The position numbers and the translations under genes are program-made. 64,000 nucleotides of DNA, from the NCBI RefSeq assembly GCF_006345805.1, contig NC_043019.1, positions 17,669,360-17,733,359 on the forward strand, read 5' to 3'. Source of the stretch: Octopus sinensis (taxonomy: Eukaryota). Positions 1 to 12,878 of the stretch are shown here, piece by piece. The notes beneath the pieces are model-generated. The model saw only the letters and a program-made list of their open reading frames with translations. It did no database searches and was not told the DNA's origin. The first letter of the stretch is position 1. Each line of letters begins with the position of its first letter.

Positions 1-3000
1 AGACGAATTTGACCCTTACAAGGTAAGAATATAGACGAATTTGACCCTTACAAGGTAAGAAGTATAGAGACGAATTTGACCCTTACAAGGTAAGAAGTAT
101 TGACGAATTTGACCCTTACAAGGTAAGAAGTATAGACGAATTTGACCCTTACAAGGTAAGAAGTATTGACGAATTTGACCCTTACAGGTAAGAAGTATAG
201 ACGAATTTGACCCTTACAAGGTAAGAAGTATAGACGAATTTGACCCTTACAAGGTAAGAAGTATAGACGAATTTGACCCTTACAAGGTAAGAAGTATTGA
301 CGAATTTGACCCTTACAAGGTAAGAAGTATAGACGAATTTGACCCATACAAGGTAAGAAGTATAGACGAATTTGACCCTTACAAGGTAAGAAGTATTGAC
401 GATTTGACCCTTACAGGTAAGAAGTTTGACGAATTTGGCCCTTACAAGGTAAGAAGTATTGACGAATTTGACCCTTACAAGGTAAGAAGTATAAACGAAT
501 TTGACCCTTACAAGGTAAGAAGTATAGACGATTTGACCCTTACAACGTAAGAAGTATTGATGAATTTGACCCTTACAAGGTAAGAAGTATAGACGAATTT
601 GACCCTTTCAAGGTAAGAAGTATAGACGATTTGACCCTTACAAGGTAAGAAGTATTGACGAATTTGACCCTTACAAGGTAAGAAGTATAGACGAATTTGA
701 CCCTTACAAGGTAAGAAGTATTGACGAATTTGACCCTTACAGGTAAGAAGTATAGACGAATTTGACCCTTACAAGGTAAGAAGTATAGACGAATTTGACC
801 CTTACAAGGTAAGAGTATGACGAATTTGACCCTTACAAGGTAAGAAGTATTAGACGAATTTGACCCTTACAAGGTAAGAAGTATAGACGAATATGACCCT
901 TACAAGGTAAGAAGTATAGACGAATTTGACCCTTACAAGGTAAGAAGTATAGACGAATTTGACCCTTACAAGGTAAGAAGTATAGACGAATTTGACCCTT
1001 ACAAGGTAAGAAGTATTGACGAATTTGACCCTTACAAGGTAAGAAGTATTGACGAATTTGACCCTTACAAGGTAAGAAGTATAGACGAATTTGACCCTTA
1101 CAAGGTAAGAAGTATAGACGAATTTGACCCTTACAAGGTAAGAAGTATAGACGAATTTGACCCTTACAAGGTAAGAAGTATAGACGAATTTGACCCTTAC
1201 AAGGTAAGAAGTATTGACGAATTTGACCCTTACAAGGTAAGAAGTATAGACGAATTTGACCCATACAAGGTAAGAAGTATAGACGAATTTGACCCTTACA
1301 AGGTAAGAAGTATTAACGAATTTGACCCTTACAAGGTAAGAAGTATAGACGAATTTGACCCTTACAAGGTAAGAAGTATTGACGAATTTGACCCTTACAA
1401 GGTAAGAAGTATTGACGAATTTGACCCTTACAAGGTAAGAAGTATTGACGAATTTGACCCTTACAAGGTAAGAAGTATAGACGAATTTGACCCTTACAAG
1501 GTAAGAAGTATAGACGAATTTGACCCTTACAAGGTAAGAAGTATTGACGAATTTGACCCTTACAAGGTAAGAAGTATTGACGAATTTGACCCTTACAAGG
1601 TAAGAAGTATAGACGAATTTGACCCTTACTAGGTAAGAAGTATTGACGAATTTGACCCTTACAAGGTAAGAAGTATAGACGAATTTGACCCTTACAAGGT
1701 AAGAAGTATTGACGATTTGACCCTTACAAGGTAAGAAGTATTGACGAATTTGACCCTTACAAGGTAAGAAGTATTGACGAATTTGACCCTTACAAGGTAA
1801 GATTTATAGACGAATTTGACCCTTACAAGGTAAGAAGTATTGACGAATTTGACCCTTACAAGGTAAGAAGTTAGACGAATTTGACCCTTACAAGGTAAGA
1901 AGTATTGACGATTTGACCCTTACAAGGTAAGAAGTATTGACGAATTTGACCCTTACAAGTAAGAAGTATTGACGAATTTGACCCTTACAAGGTAAGCAGT
2001 ATTGGCGAATTTGACCCTTACAAGGTAAAAGTATTGACGAATTTGACCCTTACAAGGTAAGAAGAAGTATTGACGAATTTGACCCTTACAAGGTAAGAAG
2101 TATTGACGAATTTGACCCTTACAAGGTAAGAAGTATAGACGAATTTGACCCTTACAAGGTAAGAAGTATTAACGAATTTGACCCTTACAAGGTAAGAAGT
2201 ATAGACGAATTTGACCCTTACAAGGTAAGAAGTATTGACGAATTTGACCCTTACAAGGTAAGAAGTATTGACGAATTTGACCCATACAAGGTAGGAAGTA
2301 TTGACGAATTTGACCCTTACAAGGTAAGAAGTATAGACGAATTTGACCCTTACAAGGTAAGAAGTATTGACCAATTTGACCCTTACAAGGTAAGAAGTAT
2401 TGACCAATTTGACCCTTACAAGATAAGAAGTATTGACGAATTTGACCCTTACAAGGTAAGAAGTATTGACGAATTTGACCCTTACAAGGTAAGAAGTATT
2501 GACGAATTTGACCCTTACAAGGTAAGAAGTATTGACGAATTTGACCTTACAAGGTAAGAAGTATAGACGAATTTGACCCTTACAAGGTAAGAAGTATTGA
2601 CGAATTTGACCCTTACAAGGTAAGAAGTATTGACGAATTTGACCCTTACAAGGTAAGAAGTATAGACGAATTTGACCCTTACAAGGTAAGAAGTATTGAC
2701 GAATTTGACCCTTACAAGGTAAGAAGTATTGACGAATTTGACCCTTACAAGGTAAGAAGTATTGACGAATTTGACCCTTACAAGGTAAGAAGTATTGACG
2801 AATTTGACCCTTACAAGGTAAGAAGTATAGACGAATTTGACCCTTACAAGGTAAGAAGTATTGACGAATTTGACCCTTACAAGGTAAGAAGTATAGACGA
2901 ATTTGACCCTTACAAGGTAAGAAGTATTGACGAATTTGACCCTTACAAGGTAAGAAGTATAGACGAATTTGACCCTTACAAGGTAAGAAGTATAGACGAA

Positions 3001-3295
3001 TTTGACCCTTACAAGGTAAGAAGTATTGACGAATTTGACCCTTACAAGGTAAGAAGTATAGACGAATTTGACCCTTACAAGGTAAGAAGTATTGACGAAT
3101 TTGACCCTTACAAGGTAAGAAATATTGACGAATTTGACCCTTACAAGGTAAGAAGTATTGACGAATTTGACCCTTACAAGGTAATAAGTATAGACGAATT
3201 TGACCCTTACAAGGTAAGAAGTATTGACGAATTTGACCCTTACAAGGTAAGAAGTATAGACGAATTTGACCCTTTCAAGGTAAGAAGTATAGACA
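1..3295. repeat. 33-bp tandem minisatellite, about 100 copies, running off the window start
   Basis: Unit AGACGAATTTGACCCTTACAAGGTAAGAAGTAT, with alternating TATAG/TATTG variants. The 11-aa repeats in the minus-strand ORFs confirm a 33-nt period. No spacers. Confidence 0.98.
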
Positions 3296-3570
3296 TATAC
3301 TGCCAGCAGCAGCAAATCATACATTGAAACCAATTCAGAAGCACAACAGATATCCACAAAACATTGTATCCAAGACAAATGCCTCACTGAAAAATCACTC
3401 TTTATCAAACTGAAAGACTACAAAAGTACTGGTGTCGCTCACATGTAGATTCATTAATCTTACTCAAAGTGTCTCTGAACAATACCTCCTCCTCGGTCAT
3501 ACTTTGAATCAAAATAGAAAAAAGAGAAAGCACCAATGGAAGTTGATTCTCTTTAACATAATTGATTACA

Positions 3571-3985
3571 CTCTTTTGCTCTTTTACTCTTTTACTTGTT
3601 TCAGTCATTTGACTGCGGCCATGCTGGAGCACCGCCTTTAGTCGATCAAATCGACCCCAGGACTTATTCTTTGTAAGCCTAGCACTCATTCTATCAGTCT
3701 CTTTTTGCCGAACCGCTAAGTTACGGGGACGTAAACACACCAGCATCGGTTGTCAAGCGATGTTGGGGGGACAAACACACACACACAAACACACACATAC
3801 ATATATATATATACATATATACGACAGGCTTCTTTCAGTTTCCATCTTCCAAATCCACTCACAAGGCTTTGGTCGGCCCAGGGCTATAGCAAAAGACACT
3901 TGCCCAAGGTGCCACGCAGTGGGACTGAACCCAGAACCATGTGGTTCGTAAGCAAGCTACTTACCACACAGCCACTCCTGCGCCT
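3571..3985 (-). mobile_element. SINE family A (tRNA-like head, internal TA/TG microsatellite, CR1-like 3' hairpin tail), full length
   Basis: Reverse complement of AGGCGCAGGAGTGGCTGTGTGGTAAG...CCAGCATGGCCGCAGTCAAATGACTGAAACAAG(TAAAAGAG)n. More than 15 copies in the window. Confidence 0.9.
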
Positions 3986-4455
3986 GTGTAAAAAAATTTT
4001 TGCCCTTGGGTAGCAACTGTAATTTCCTATTTGCTTACCCTTTAAAAAAAACGAAAAATGATTAATATTTCCTTCAAGCTTGGCTTTTGTTACATTTATT
4101 CAAACCACAAAGAATTCCTCTCAACACATAGCTAGGATTGATCCCCCCTACCCCTACTCATGGTGAGAGATGTGTGTATTGACAGCCACTAAGGGACATG
4201 CCCAAGTGGTTAAGGTCAAGCAACTGGTCAGCAAATCTGTGATATTGGACAGAATATTTGCTATAATGATATTTCTGCTTCAGCAACTCAGTGCTGAATC
4301 TGTTTGAAATGTAATGGAAAATAGGTCAGTTTGAAAACATTGATGCCCAGGTCAGAAAAGCAAAGTTTGAAGGGAATGGTAGTCATTTTCTTTGATTTCT
4401 GGATAGAAGCAAATAGGAAATAACAGTGACAATAAAAAAAATGCTTTTGTTACAT

Positions 4456-4772
4456 AGGCACAGGAGTGGCTGTGTGGTAAGTAGCCTGCTTACCAACCAC
4501 ATGGTTCTGGGTTCAGTCTCACTGTGTCTTCTACTATAACTTCGGGCTGACCAAAGCCTTGTGAGTGGATTTGGTAGACGGAAACTGAAAGAAATCTGTT
4601 GTATATATGCACATATATATGTGTGTGTATGTTTGTGTGTCTGTGTTTGTCCCCCCAAGATGCTGGTGTGTTTACGTCCCCGTAACTTAGCAGTTCGGCG
4701 AAAGAGACCGATAGAATAAGTACTAGGCTTACAAAGAATAAGTCCTGGGGTCGATTTGCTCGACTAAAGGCG
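4456..4772 (+). mobile_element. SINE family A, 3'-truncated
   Basis: Same head and body as 3571-3985, in the opposite orientation. Confidence 0.9.
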
Positions 4773-4857
4773 ATTACTTTACCACATGTATTATTTTGCT
4801 ATCTTTCAAGGAACAACATCTAAATAACCACTTTGTTTTCTCTTGATTTTATTTCAG

Positions 4858-4989
4858 AACAATTTACATCAAGATCTAAGTGATCTACGCAGTCTGCTAG
4901 AAGAAGAACGGTATCGAAGTGAACGGCTAGAAGAACAGTTAAATGATCTCACAGAACTGCACCAAAATGAGATGACAAATATAAAACAG
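4858..4989 (+). CDS. TMCC1: TMCC-family protein, internal coding exon (coiled coil)
   Basis: ttcag acceptor and gtaaat donor, 132 nt, phase 0/0. [44 protein letters not shown] matches the vertebrate TMCC motif [23 protein letters not shown]. Paralog number cannot be assigned. Confidence 0.95.
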
Positions 4990-5441
4990 GTAAATCTGAT
5001 CACCACTCATGAGACGAAGGTATTCATGTAGATGTCTCTTTTCTCTCCCTCTTTGTCTGTCTCTGTCACTCCAGCCGCATTTGATACTTCTCAGATAAAA
5101 CTGTTTTCAATAAAGTTTGCTTTCAGATTAAAATAGGTATTTATCTTGAAGATGGATAGATGATAGAAGTCAGTTGGACATCAGACAAAATACCTTGTGG
5201 TGTCTAGTTACATTCCTGTATTTTCTGAGTCCAGTTCTTACCCTTGTATTCTGCTTTTCATTCTTCCAAAGATGATGAAAAATCAGTACAGGGGCCAATC
5301 TAATGAACTATACCTTAGAGGACAGTGTCCCAGCAAGGCTACAGTCCAATAACTGAAATTAGGAGAAGAAAAAAATAAACCCAAAAATAAAGGAATGTAA
5401 GAATATATCAGCTGGAAAATGATATCAAATTCTTATTCTAC

Positions 5442-5843
5442 AGGCATAGGTATAGCTGTGTGTACTTCTTAACCTCATGGTTATGGGTTCAGTCTCACTG
5501 TATGGCACCTTGGGCAAATGTCTTCTACTATAACCTCATAGCCTCAGGTTGACCAAATCAGAGTGGATTTCGTAGGCAGAAACTGAAAGATGCCTGTTGT
5601 GTGTATATATATATGTGTGTTTGTGTCTGTGTTCTGCACCACAACTTGACAACTGGTGTTGGTTTAGTTATGTTCCTATAACTTAGTAGTTCAGCAAAAA
5701 AGAGATTGATAAAATAGATTACCAGGCTTAAAGAAATTTTAGTCCTGGGGTTGATCCATTCAACTAAAAAATTCTTCAAGGCAGTTCTCCGACATTGCCA
5801 CAGTCTAATGACTGAAACAAGTAAAAGTTGATAGCTAAAAGAT
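5442..5843 (+). mobile_element. SINE family A, diverged
   Basis: Recognisable head, microsatellite and tail. Confidence 0.8.
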
Positions 5844-5969
5844 AAATGTTGCAAAATGTTCTAATTACAATATGAGATAATATAACTTGAAATTAGCCCT
5901 GAATTTCATCATGGTGCTAATGATATCTTACACTGGCACAAGGCCAGAAATTTGTGAGGGGGAACCTTT

Positions 5970-6382
5970 TATCGTAGAGTGACCTGCTGTGCATGAGGAG
6001 ACCTACTGAGTCAAGTATGTCAATATCAAAATAAAAATCAAATTGAAATTGTAGTTATGATTCCCGCGCCGGTGGCACGTAAAAAGCACCATCTGAACGT
6101 GGCTGATACCAGCGCCGCCTGACTGGTGTCTGTGTCGGTGACACGTAAAAAGTACCAACTGATCGTGGCCGTTTGCCAGCCTCCTCTGGCCCTTGTGCCG
6201 GTGGCACGTAAAAAGCACCCACTACACTCATGGAGTGGTTGGCATTAGGAAGGGCATCCAACTGTAGAAATACTGCCAGATCAGACTGGAGCTTGGCACA
6301 GCCTCCTGGCTTCCCAGACCCCGGTCGAACTGTCCAACCCATGCTAGCATGAAAAATGGACGTTAAACGATGATGATGATGA
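5970..6382 (+). mobile_element. repeat family F (internal ~60-bp GGTGGCACGTAAAAAGCACC repeats, (GAT)n tail), SINE or LINE-3'-end type
   Basis: Ends GGAAGGGCATCCA...CCATGCTAGCATG...GACGTTAAACGATGATGATG. Other copies at 34084, 39503 (-) and 42990. Confidence 0.8.
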
Positions 6383-6943
6383 AGTTCGAGTTGATTAAAT
6401 TGACCTTAGTATTTGACTTGTGTTTTATCATCAATCCCCAAAAGATGAAAGGCAAGTTGTCATGGGAATTGAGCTTGAAGCTAAAAAGCTACCGCAAACA
6501 CGGAAACATCTATCAAAGCTGCTGATCCACCATAATCTTTGATGATAGTGTTTTCTAATATAAGCTCAAAGCCTCTACTTTAGTGGGAAGAATATAGATG
6601 TTTTTATTGAACTCCCTCTCCTGCAAAGATGAAAAGCATATCTCTGTTTTTGCGTTTGCTTTTTAATTTTTGTATGACAATAGGTTGTTAATTGAGGATG
6701 ATTTGGCTGCTGTTTATAGCTGAACAACTGCAGACAGCCTGCCTTACTAGCGTTGTAAAAAAATTTTTAGATCTAAGAGGAACAAATTTTCACTTGTGGG
6801 ATAACACAGAGATTAGAAATGCATTCAACAGAGTCTGTTGATTTGTCACAGATGTCTTCAACATTTATAGTAAAGGAATAAGTTCCAACAATATCATGAG
6901 TCGGCAGAGACAAATCATCAGTATTTCTCTCTCTCTCTCTCTC

Positions 6944-6985
<42 letters not shown>

Positions 6986-6994
6986 ATATATACA

Positions 6995-7625
6995 AACAAA
7001 ATTTAGAGGACTGACCACTAAAAGTAGACAGCCCTTATGCTAGATATAGACGTCAAAATCGCCATTTTCCATGGAGAATATGTTCTCAAGAAAAAATTTC
7101 AGCAAAAAACCAAAGTGTAAAAATAAGCAAGACAAATGAAAATACACGAAAAGGAAAAACAATTACCTATGTACTAATTAGTTTCACTTGTTAATATTTG
7201 CGTATATGGATACATAAACATCTGCAAGATCATCAGCATAGTCTGTCGTTTACAAAACATAATTTCCAGAACTAGATACAGAACGCCCAACCGAAATCCA
7301 GTATGTATAAAGTTCTACAAATTATATTCATGTGTATCTTTCAAATCCCTTCACTTTGGCTCGCTGAGATCGGAAATTACTCTGCAGTTAATAAACTACA
7401 GCAGTCAATTTACCGATTAGAGAACATTTTTTATTTAAAATTTTTTCTTGAGAACATATTCTTCGTGGAAAATGACGATTTTGACATCTATATCTAGCAT
7501 ATAGGCTGTGTACTTTTAGTGGTCAGACCTCTAAATTTTGCATGTAAAAAAATTTTTTAATCTTCGGATTATGCTAGACCACTGGTTTTAATTGATTAAT
7601 ATCAATTCCTACCCTTATTTAATTA
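6995..7625. mobile_element. Penelope-like (pLTR-type) fold-back mini-element between (TA)n tracts
   Basis: About 100-bp inverted arms (6998-7098 / 7437-7539) with an internal hammerhead. A second copy of the family is at 51200-51540. Confidence 0.7.
7167..7241 (-). ncRNA. type I hammerhead ribozyme motif, canonical core
   Basis: Minus strand: CTATG-CTGATGA-TCTTG...CAAGT-GAA-ACTAATTAGT-A-CATAG. Stem I is CTATG/CATAG, stem III is palindromic, the cleavage triplet is GUA. Confidence 0.8.
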
Positions 7626-7628
7626 TAT

Positions 7629-7674
<46 letters not shown>

Positions 7675-8113
7675 ATAATAATAATACTAATAATATAATA
7701 ATAATAATTAAGGTGGCTAGATGCAATTCAAAACCATAACAGAAATAATTCACCATCACCAAAGTGTGACAAAGGGTGCAGTGAGTACCAGCATTGCTAG
7801 AAATAAGAGTCAAAGGACTCCTTAGCCACATAGCCACAGAAAGCACATTTTCTCTTTACTGATAGGGGAGACAACCTCCCCACTTCAATTGAGAGGCATT
7901 AGATTGGCATGCCAATTTCGCATGAAATTTAATGCTCATCAGTAATGCTGACTCCATTATTGGTGGTGAAGTTACATTCTACCCCATCAGTGTATATAGT
8001 TTTTACCATAGGAACCAGTGGCTGTTTAATATATATGTCTTAATTGCTGTTGGTGTTGTGTGTGTGTGTATTTGTTTTTCTGTGTTAATATAGGTCAGAT
8101 GAAGGTATTATTG

Positions 8114-8522
8114 TGGCTGGCAGAAACGTTAGCACGTCGGGCGAAATGCTTAGCGGTATTTCGTCTGCCGTTACGTTCTGAGTTCAAATTCTGCCGAGGT
8201 CGACTTTGCCTTTCATCCTTTCGGGGTCGATAAATTAAGTACCAGTTACACACTGGGGTCGATGTAATCGACTTAATACCTATGTCTGTCCTTGTTTGTC
8301 CCTTCTGTGTTTAGCCCCTTGTGGGTAATAAAGAAATAAGTATTTCGTCTGCCGCTACATTCTGAGTTCAAATTCCGTCGAGGTCGACTTTACCTTTCAT
8401 CCTTTCGGGGTCGATAAATTAAGTACCAGTTACACACTGGGGCTCGATGTAATCGACTTAATACCTATGTCTGTCCTTGTTTGTCCCCTCTGTGTTTAGC
8501 CCCTTGTGGGTAGTAAAGAAAT
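8114..8522 (+). mobile_element. SINE family B tandem dimer with 11-bp TSD
   Basis: A box TGGCAGAAACGTTAG and B box GAGTTCAAATTC. TSD AGGTATTATTG at 8103-8113 and 8523-8533. The second unit restarts at GTATTTCGTCTG (8340). Confidence 0.9.
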
Positions 8523-9302
8523 AGGTATTATTGGAGCATTGTCTTAGAGTCAGATGCCCTTCCTGTTCCTAAACATGACCTGTGTTTTTTAAATACAGGA
8601 ATTTATAAAGCATTCACCTTCAAAAGCACAGAGCTGTTGGATGATTTATTGACAGGGAATGTCAACAGATGTCACTGTTTTTAACTCAATGATTTCTGTG
8701 TAAAATGCAGAAAGATAAACTTCCACACATATGACAGGCTCATATATAGTTTTTTTTTCTATCAAATCCACTCTGAAGGCATTGGTTGGTCTGAGGCTAG
8801 AGCAGAAACCATTTGCCCAAAGTGTCATGCTGTTAGATAGAACTTGAGACCATCTTCACAAAATGAACACCATATTCACACAGTCACACTAGCTCTGTGT
8901 GTGTGTGTATCATCATCATCATCATAATATTAAAATTGTGGATCTTACAAGACTCATCAAGCAATTTCCAAAGAGAAGAAAATATGGCTAGTCTTTGTAA
9001 GAATTATCATTTTAGTAACCAAATATTGTCCCATTTTTTAATACAAAAGTCCACTCTTAACCCTTTAGCATTTAAACTGGCCATATCCGGCCAAAAGTAT
9101 TCTGCCTGTTTTATGTTCAAACTGGCCAGATCTGGTCTCTCACACCAACCCTACAATATCGTTTTAAAAATTAACAGCTACCTCATCAAAATCTCATAGC
9201 TACAAGATTAATGCACGATTAGTTCAAAACAATGTGGATGAAAAAGGATTAATTTTGGCAGAATAATGCGAACACTAAAGGGTTAAATATCAAATTTGTG
9301 TT

Positions 9303-9475
9303 GGGCACAGGCATGGCTCTGTGGATAAGAAGCTTGCTTCCCAACCACATGGTTTCAGGTTCAACCCTACTGTGTGGCACCTTGGATAAATGTTTTCTAC
9401 CATTGCTGTGGACCAACCAAAGCCTTATGAGTGGATTTGGCAGACAGAAACTAATAGAAAACTATCATATGTGTA

Positions 9476-9508
<33 letters not shown>

Positions 9509-9570
9509 ACACAAGTTTATGTGTGTGTTTGAGTGTGAATGTATATATGATTATGTCACTTTGTCCTGAC
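9303..9570 (+). mobile_element. SINE family A, 5' half
   Basis: Head up to the internal (TG)n tract. Confidence 0.75.
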
Positions 9571-9882
9571 ATTGCGTGGCAGTTGTAAACGAATGTCACT
9601 GTTATACAAGCAGTGTCATTCATTTCCAGTATTCTGCACAAACATGTCTGGCCATGAGGAAATATTAGCTTGCTTGCAAACAGGAAGGTTGGTGTCTGGA
9701 AGGGCATCCAGCTGTTGAAAATCTGTTCCAATAAATTCCATCCAAGCATGCAGGCTCGGATGGAAAAGAGAACATAAAAACTATGACAAGGACACTTGCT
9801 TTCTTTGAGTTTCCCTTCCCTAAATCCCTTACATTACTTGTATGCTGTATTTTCAATATTATTTTCTGAATTGCACTTTTAG

Positions 9883-9972
9883 GAAATCAGTAGCATGGAA
9901 GAAAAGTTAGAATATCAGCTGGAAGAACGTACCCGTGACTTACATGACTTGCTAGACAACTGCCAAACTAGA
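9883..9972 (+). CDS. TMCC1: TMCC-family protein, internal coding exon
   Basis: tttag acceptor and gtaagt donor, 90 nt, phase 0/0. EISSMEEKLEYQLEERTRDLHDLLDNCQTR versus TMCC [30 protein letters not shown]. Confidence 0.95.
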
Positions 9973-10180
9973 GTAAGTTCACTTCTTTTCTTTATTAATC
10001 TCAACACAGTAACCACGAAAATACTGTGAGTCCTTCCTTGGCTTCTGTACAAATGTTCATGAGATGAAATATTTTTTATTAATTCTGTATAAACTGTGAA
10101 TAACTTGCAGGTTTGACAAGCTGAGTTATCAAAAAATTGTGTACGCTTTGGTTTCACTGAAATTCTAAGCAATATCACTT

Positions 10181-10584
10181 CTCTCTTTTCTCTCTTTTAC
10201 TTGTTTCAGTCATTTGACTGCAGCCATGCTGGAGCGCCGCCTTTAGTCGAGCAAACCGACCCCGGGACTTATTCTTTTGTAAGCCCAGTACTTATTCTAT
10301 CGGTCTCTTTTTTGCCGAACCGCTAAGTGACGGGGACGTAAACACACCAGCATCGGTTGTCAAGCAATGCTAAGGGGACAAACACAGACACACAAACACG
10401 CACATATATATACATATATACGACAGGCTTCTTTCAGTTTCCGTCTACCAAATCCACTCACAAGGCATTAGTCGGCCCGGAGCTATAGCAGAAGACACTT
10501 GCCCAAGATGCCACGCAGTGGGACTGAATCCGGAACCATGTGGTTGGTAGACAAGCTACTTACCACACAGCCACTCCTGCGCCT
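10181..10584 (-). mobile_element. SINE family A, full length
   Basis: Near-consensus copy. Confidence 0.9.
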
Positions 10585-10774
10585 TGTTAATTTTCTCTGG
10601 GCTGAGGCTTGTGATTGTCCTTTAATTGTTGTTAGATTTTGTTACAAATGCTTTTTTTTTTGTTTATCTCAACCATATTTTATCTATGGACCCCTTTGTT
10701 TCCTATTTTACTTAGGTGGACCCTCGTAGCCATTTGATGTATATAGAAAAGTCCTACTGTGGGGTAAGAAGGTT

Positions 10775-11140
10775 GTCTCTCAACCACATGGTTCTGGGTT
10801 CAGTCTGACTGTGTGGCACCTTGGGCATGTGTCTTCTACTATAGCCTCAGGCTGACCAAAGCTTGGTGAATGGATTTGGTAGATGGAAACTGAAAGAAGC
10901 CCTTTGTATGTATATGTGTGTGTGTGTGTGTGCGTGTGTGTCTATTTGTCTTCCCATCACTGCTTGACAACCAGTGTTGGTGTTCTTGTGTCCTTGTAAC
11001 TTAGCAGTTCGCAAAAGGGGGGACTAGTAGAATAAGTACTAGGCTTAAAATATAAGTCCTGGGGTTGATTTGTTCAATTAAAATCCTTCAAATTGTTGCT
11101 CCAACATGGCCACAGTCTGAAACAAGTAAAAGAATAAATT
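10775..11140 (+). mobile_element. SINE family A, diverged
   Basis: Head, microsatellite and tail recognisable. Confidence 0.8.
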
Positions 11141-11240
11141 ACTATGAGGAACTGTCTAAAAAAAAAAAAGATATTTTAATTAGTATAACGAATTTATTGC
11201 AGATAAATTTTAACAACAAAATCTTACATGGACCTCCAAT

Positions 11241-12215
11241 GGCACAAGCGTGGCTGTGTGGTAAGAAGGCAGCAAGCGGTATTTCGTCTGTCGCTACGTT
11301 CTAAGTTCAAATTCCACCGGGGTCAACTTTACCTTTCATCCTTTCGGGGTCGATAAATTAAGTACCAGTTGCGCACTGAGGTCGATGTAATCGACTTAAT
11401 CCCTTTGTCTGTCCTTGTTTGTCCCCTCTATGTTTAGCCCCTTGTGGGCAATAAAGAAATAGGAAGCTTGCTTCGCAACCACATGGTTTTACGTTCAGTC
11501 CCACTGCATGGCACCTTGGGCAAGTGTCTTCCACTATAGGAAGCACTCCGACGGTTACGACGACAAGGGTTCCGGTTGATCCGATCAACGGAACAGCCTG
11601 CTTGTGAAATTAACGTGTAAGTGGCTGAGCACTCCACAGACACGTGTACCCTTAACGTAGTTCTCGGGGATATTCAGCGTGACACAGAGAGTGACAAGGC
11701 CGGCCCTTTGAAATACAGGTACAACAGAAACAGGAAGTAAGAGTGAGAGAAAGTTGTGGTGAAAGAGTACAGCAGGGATCACCACCACCCCCTGCCGGAG
11801 CCTCGTGGAGCTTTAGGCTGTTTTCGCTCAATAAACACTCACAACGCCCGGTCTGGGAATCGAAACCGCGATCCTACTACTGCGAGTCTGCTGCCCTAAC
11901 CTCTGGGCCATTGCGCCTCCATGTCTTCCACTATAGCCTTGGGCTGACCAAAGCTTTGTGAGTGGATTTGGTAGACGGAAACTGAAAGAAACCCATCATA
12001 TGTTTGTGTGTTTGTCCCCCTACCACAACCATCGCTTAACAAACAATGTTGGTATGTTTACAACACCCATCACTTAACTGTTTGGCAAAGAGTAATAAGT
12101 ACTCGGCTTACAAAGAATAAGTTCTGGGGTCAATTTTTTCAACTAAAAGCCCTTTAAGGTGGTGCTCCAGCATGGCCTCAATAAATTGACTGAAACAAAT
12201 AAAAGAACAAAAGAA
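11241..12215 (+). mobile_element. SINE family A interrupted by a family B copy (about 11270-11462, +) and a family C copy (11540-11921, -)
   Basis: The family A sequence resumes after each insert. The family C insert has the 15-bp TSD TGTCTTCCACTATAG (11525-11539 / 11922-11936). Confidence 0.9.
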
Positions 12216-12584
12216 TATGGACCCTGTTTGAGTACCACTGGTTTAATTGGAAGGAAGTGTTTGCACCTTTGACAATTTGTACCTCTCAAAAAACGATGAG
12301 GTTTTTGCAATTGATATTCTTACACACCTGTAAGGTGTCATAGGCAGCTGCAAGAATAACGAAAGCAGAGAGGGAATTTTTTAAATCTGGCATTTCTGAG
12401 AAGAGATTTCCAGTGGTAAAGAACTCTGATGATCGGATTTCATATTTATGCTGCATTGAGTGAGAAATTCCAGGAGCATGGTACTCTGAGTAAGGAATTA
12501 ATCCCAAGGTACTCACCTTGTGGAGGAATTATCAGCTAATGTACAGCACCTGGGAGGGAGGTATATGGTATAAGTGTGTTGGGT

Positions 12585-12813
12585 ACGGCGAGCTGGCAGA
12601 AACGTTAGCACGCCGGGCAAAATGCGTAGCCGTATTTTGCTGCCGCTACGTTCAGAGTTCAAATTCCGCCGAGGTCGACTTTGCCTTTCATCCTTTCGGG
12701 GTCGATAAAATAAGTACCAGTTACGCACTGGGGTCGATATAATCGACTTAATCCGTTTGTCTGTCCTTGTTTGTCTCCTCTGTGTTTAGCCCCTTGTGGG
12801 TAGTAAGGAAATA
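12585..12813 (+). mobile_element. SINE family B, full length with 18-bp TSD
   Basis: TSD GGTATAAGTGTGTTGGGT at 12567-12584 and 12814-12831. Confidence 0.92.
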
Positions 12814-12878
12814 GGTATAAGTGTGTTGGGTGAGCTGTAATAAGTGGAGGTGGTCTGCAGCTCGGTCTTTGAGTGAAA

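Noticed and set aside
1-3295. CRISPR array, or repeat-protein genes (GQIRLYFLPCK / VKFVYTSYLVR ORFs)
   Set aside because: Units are head-to-tail with no spacers and no cas genes in a eukaryotic context. The ORFs arise only because the 33-bp unit lacks stops in two reverse frames.
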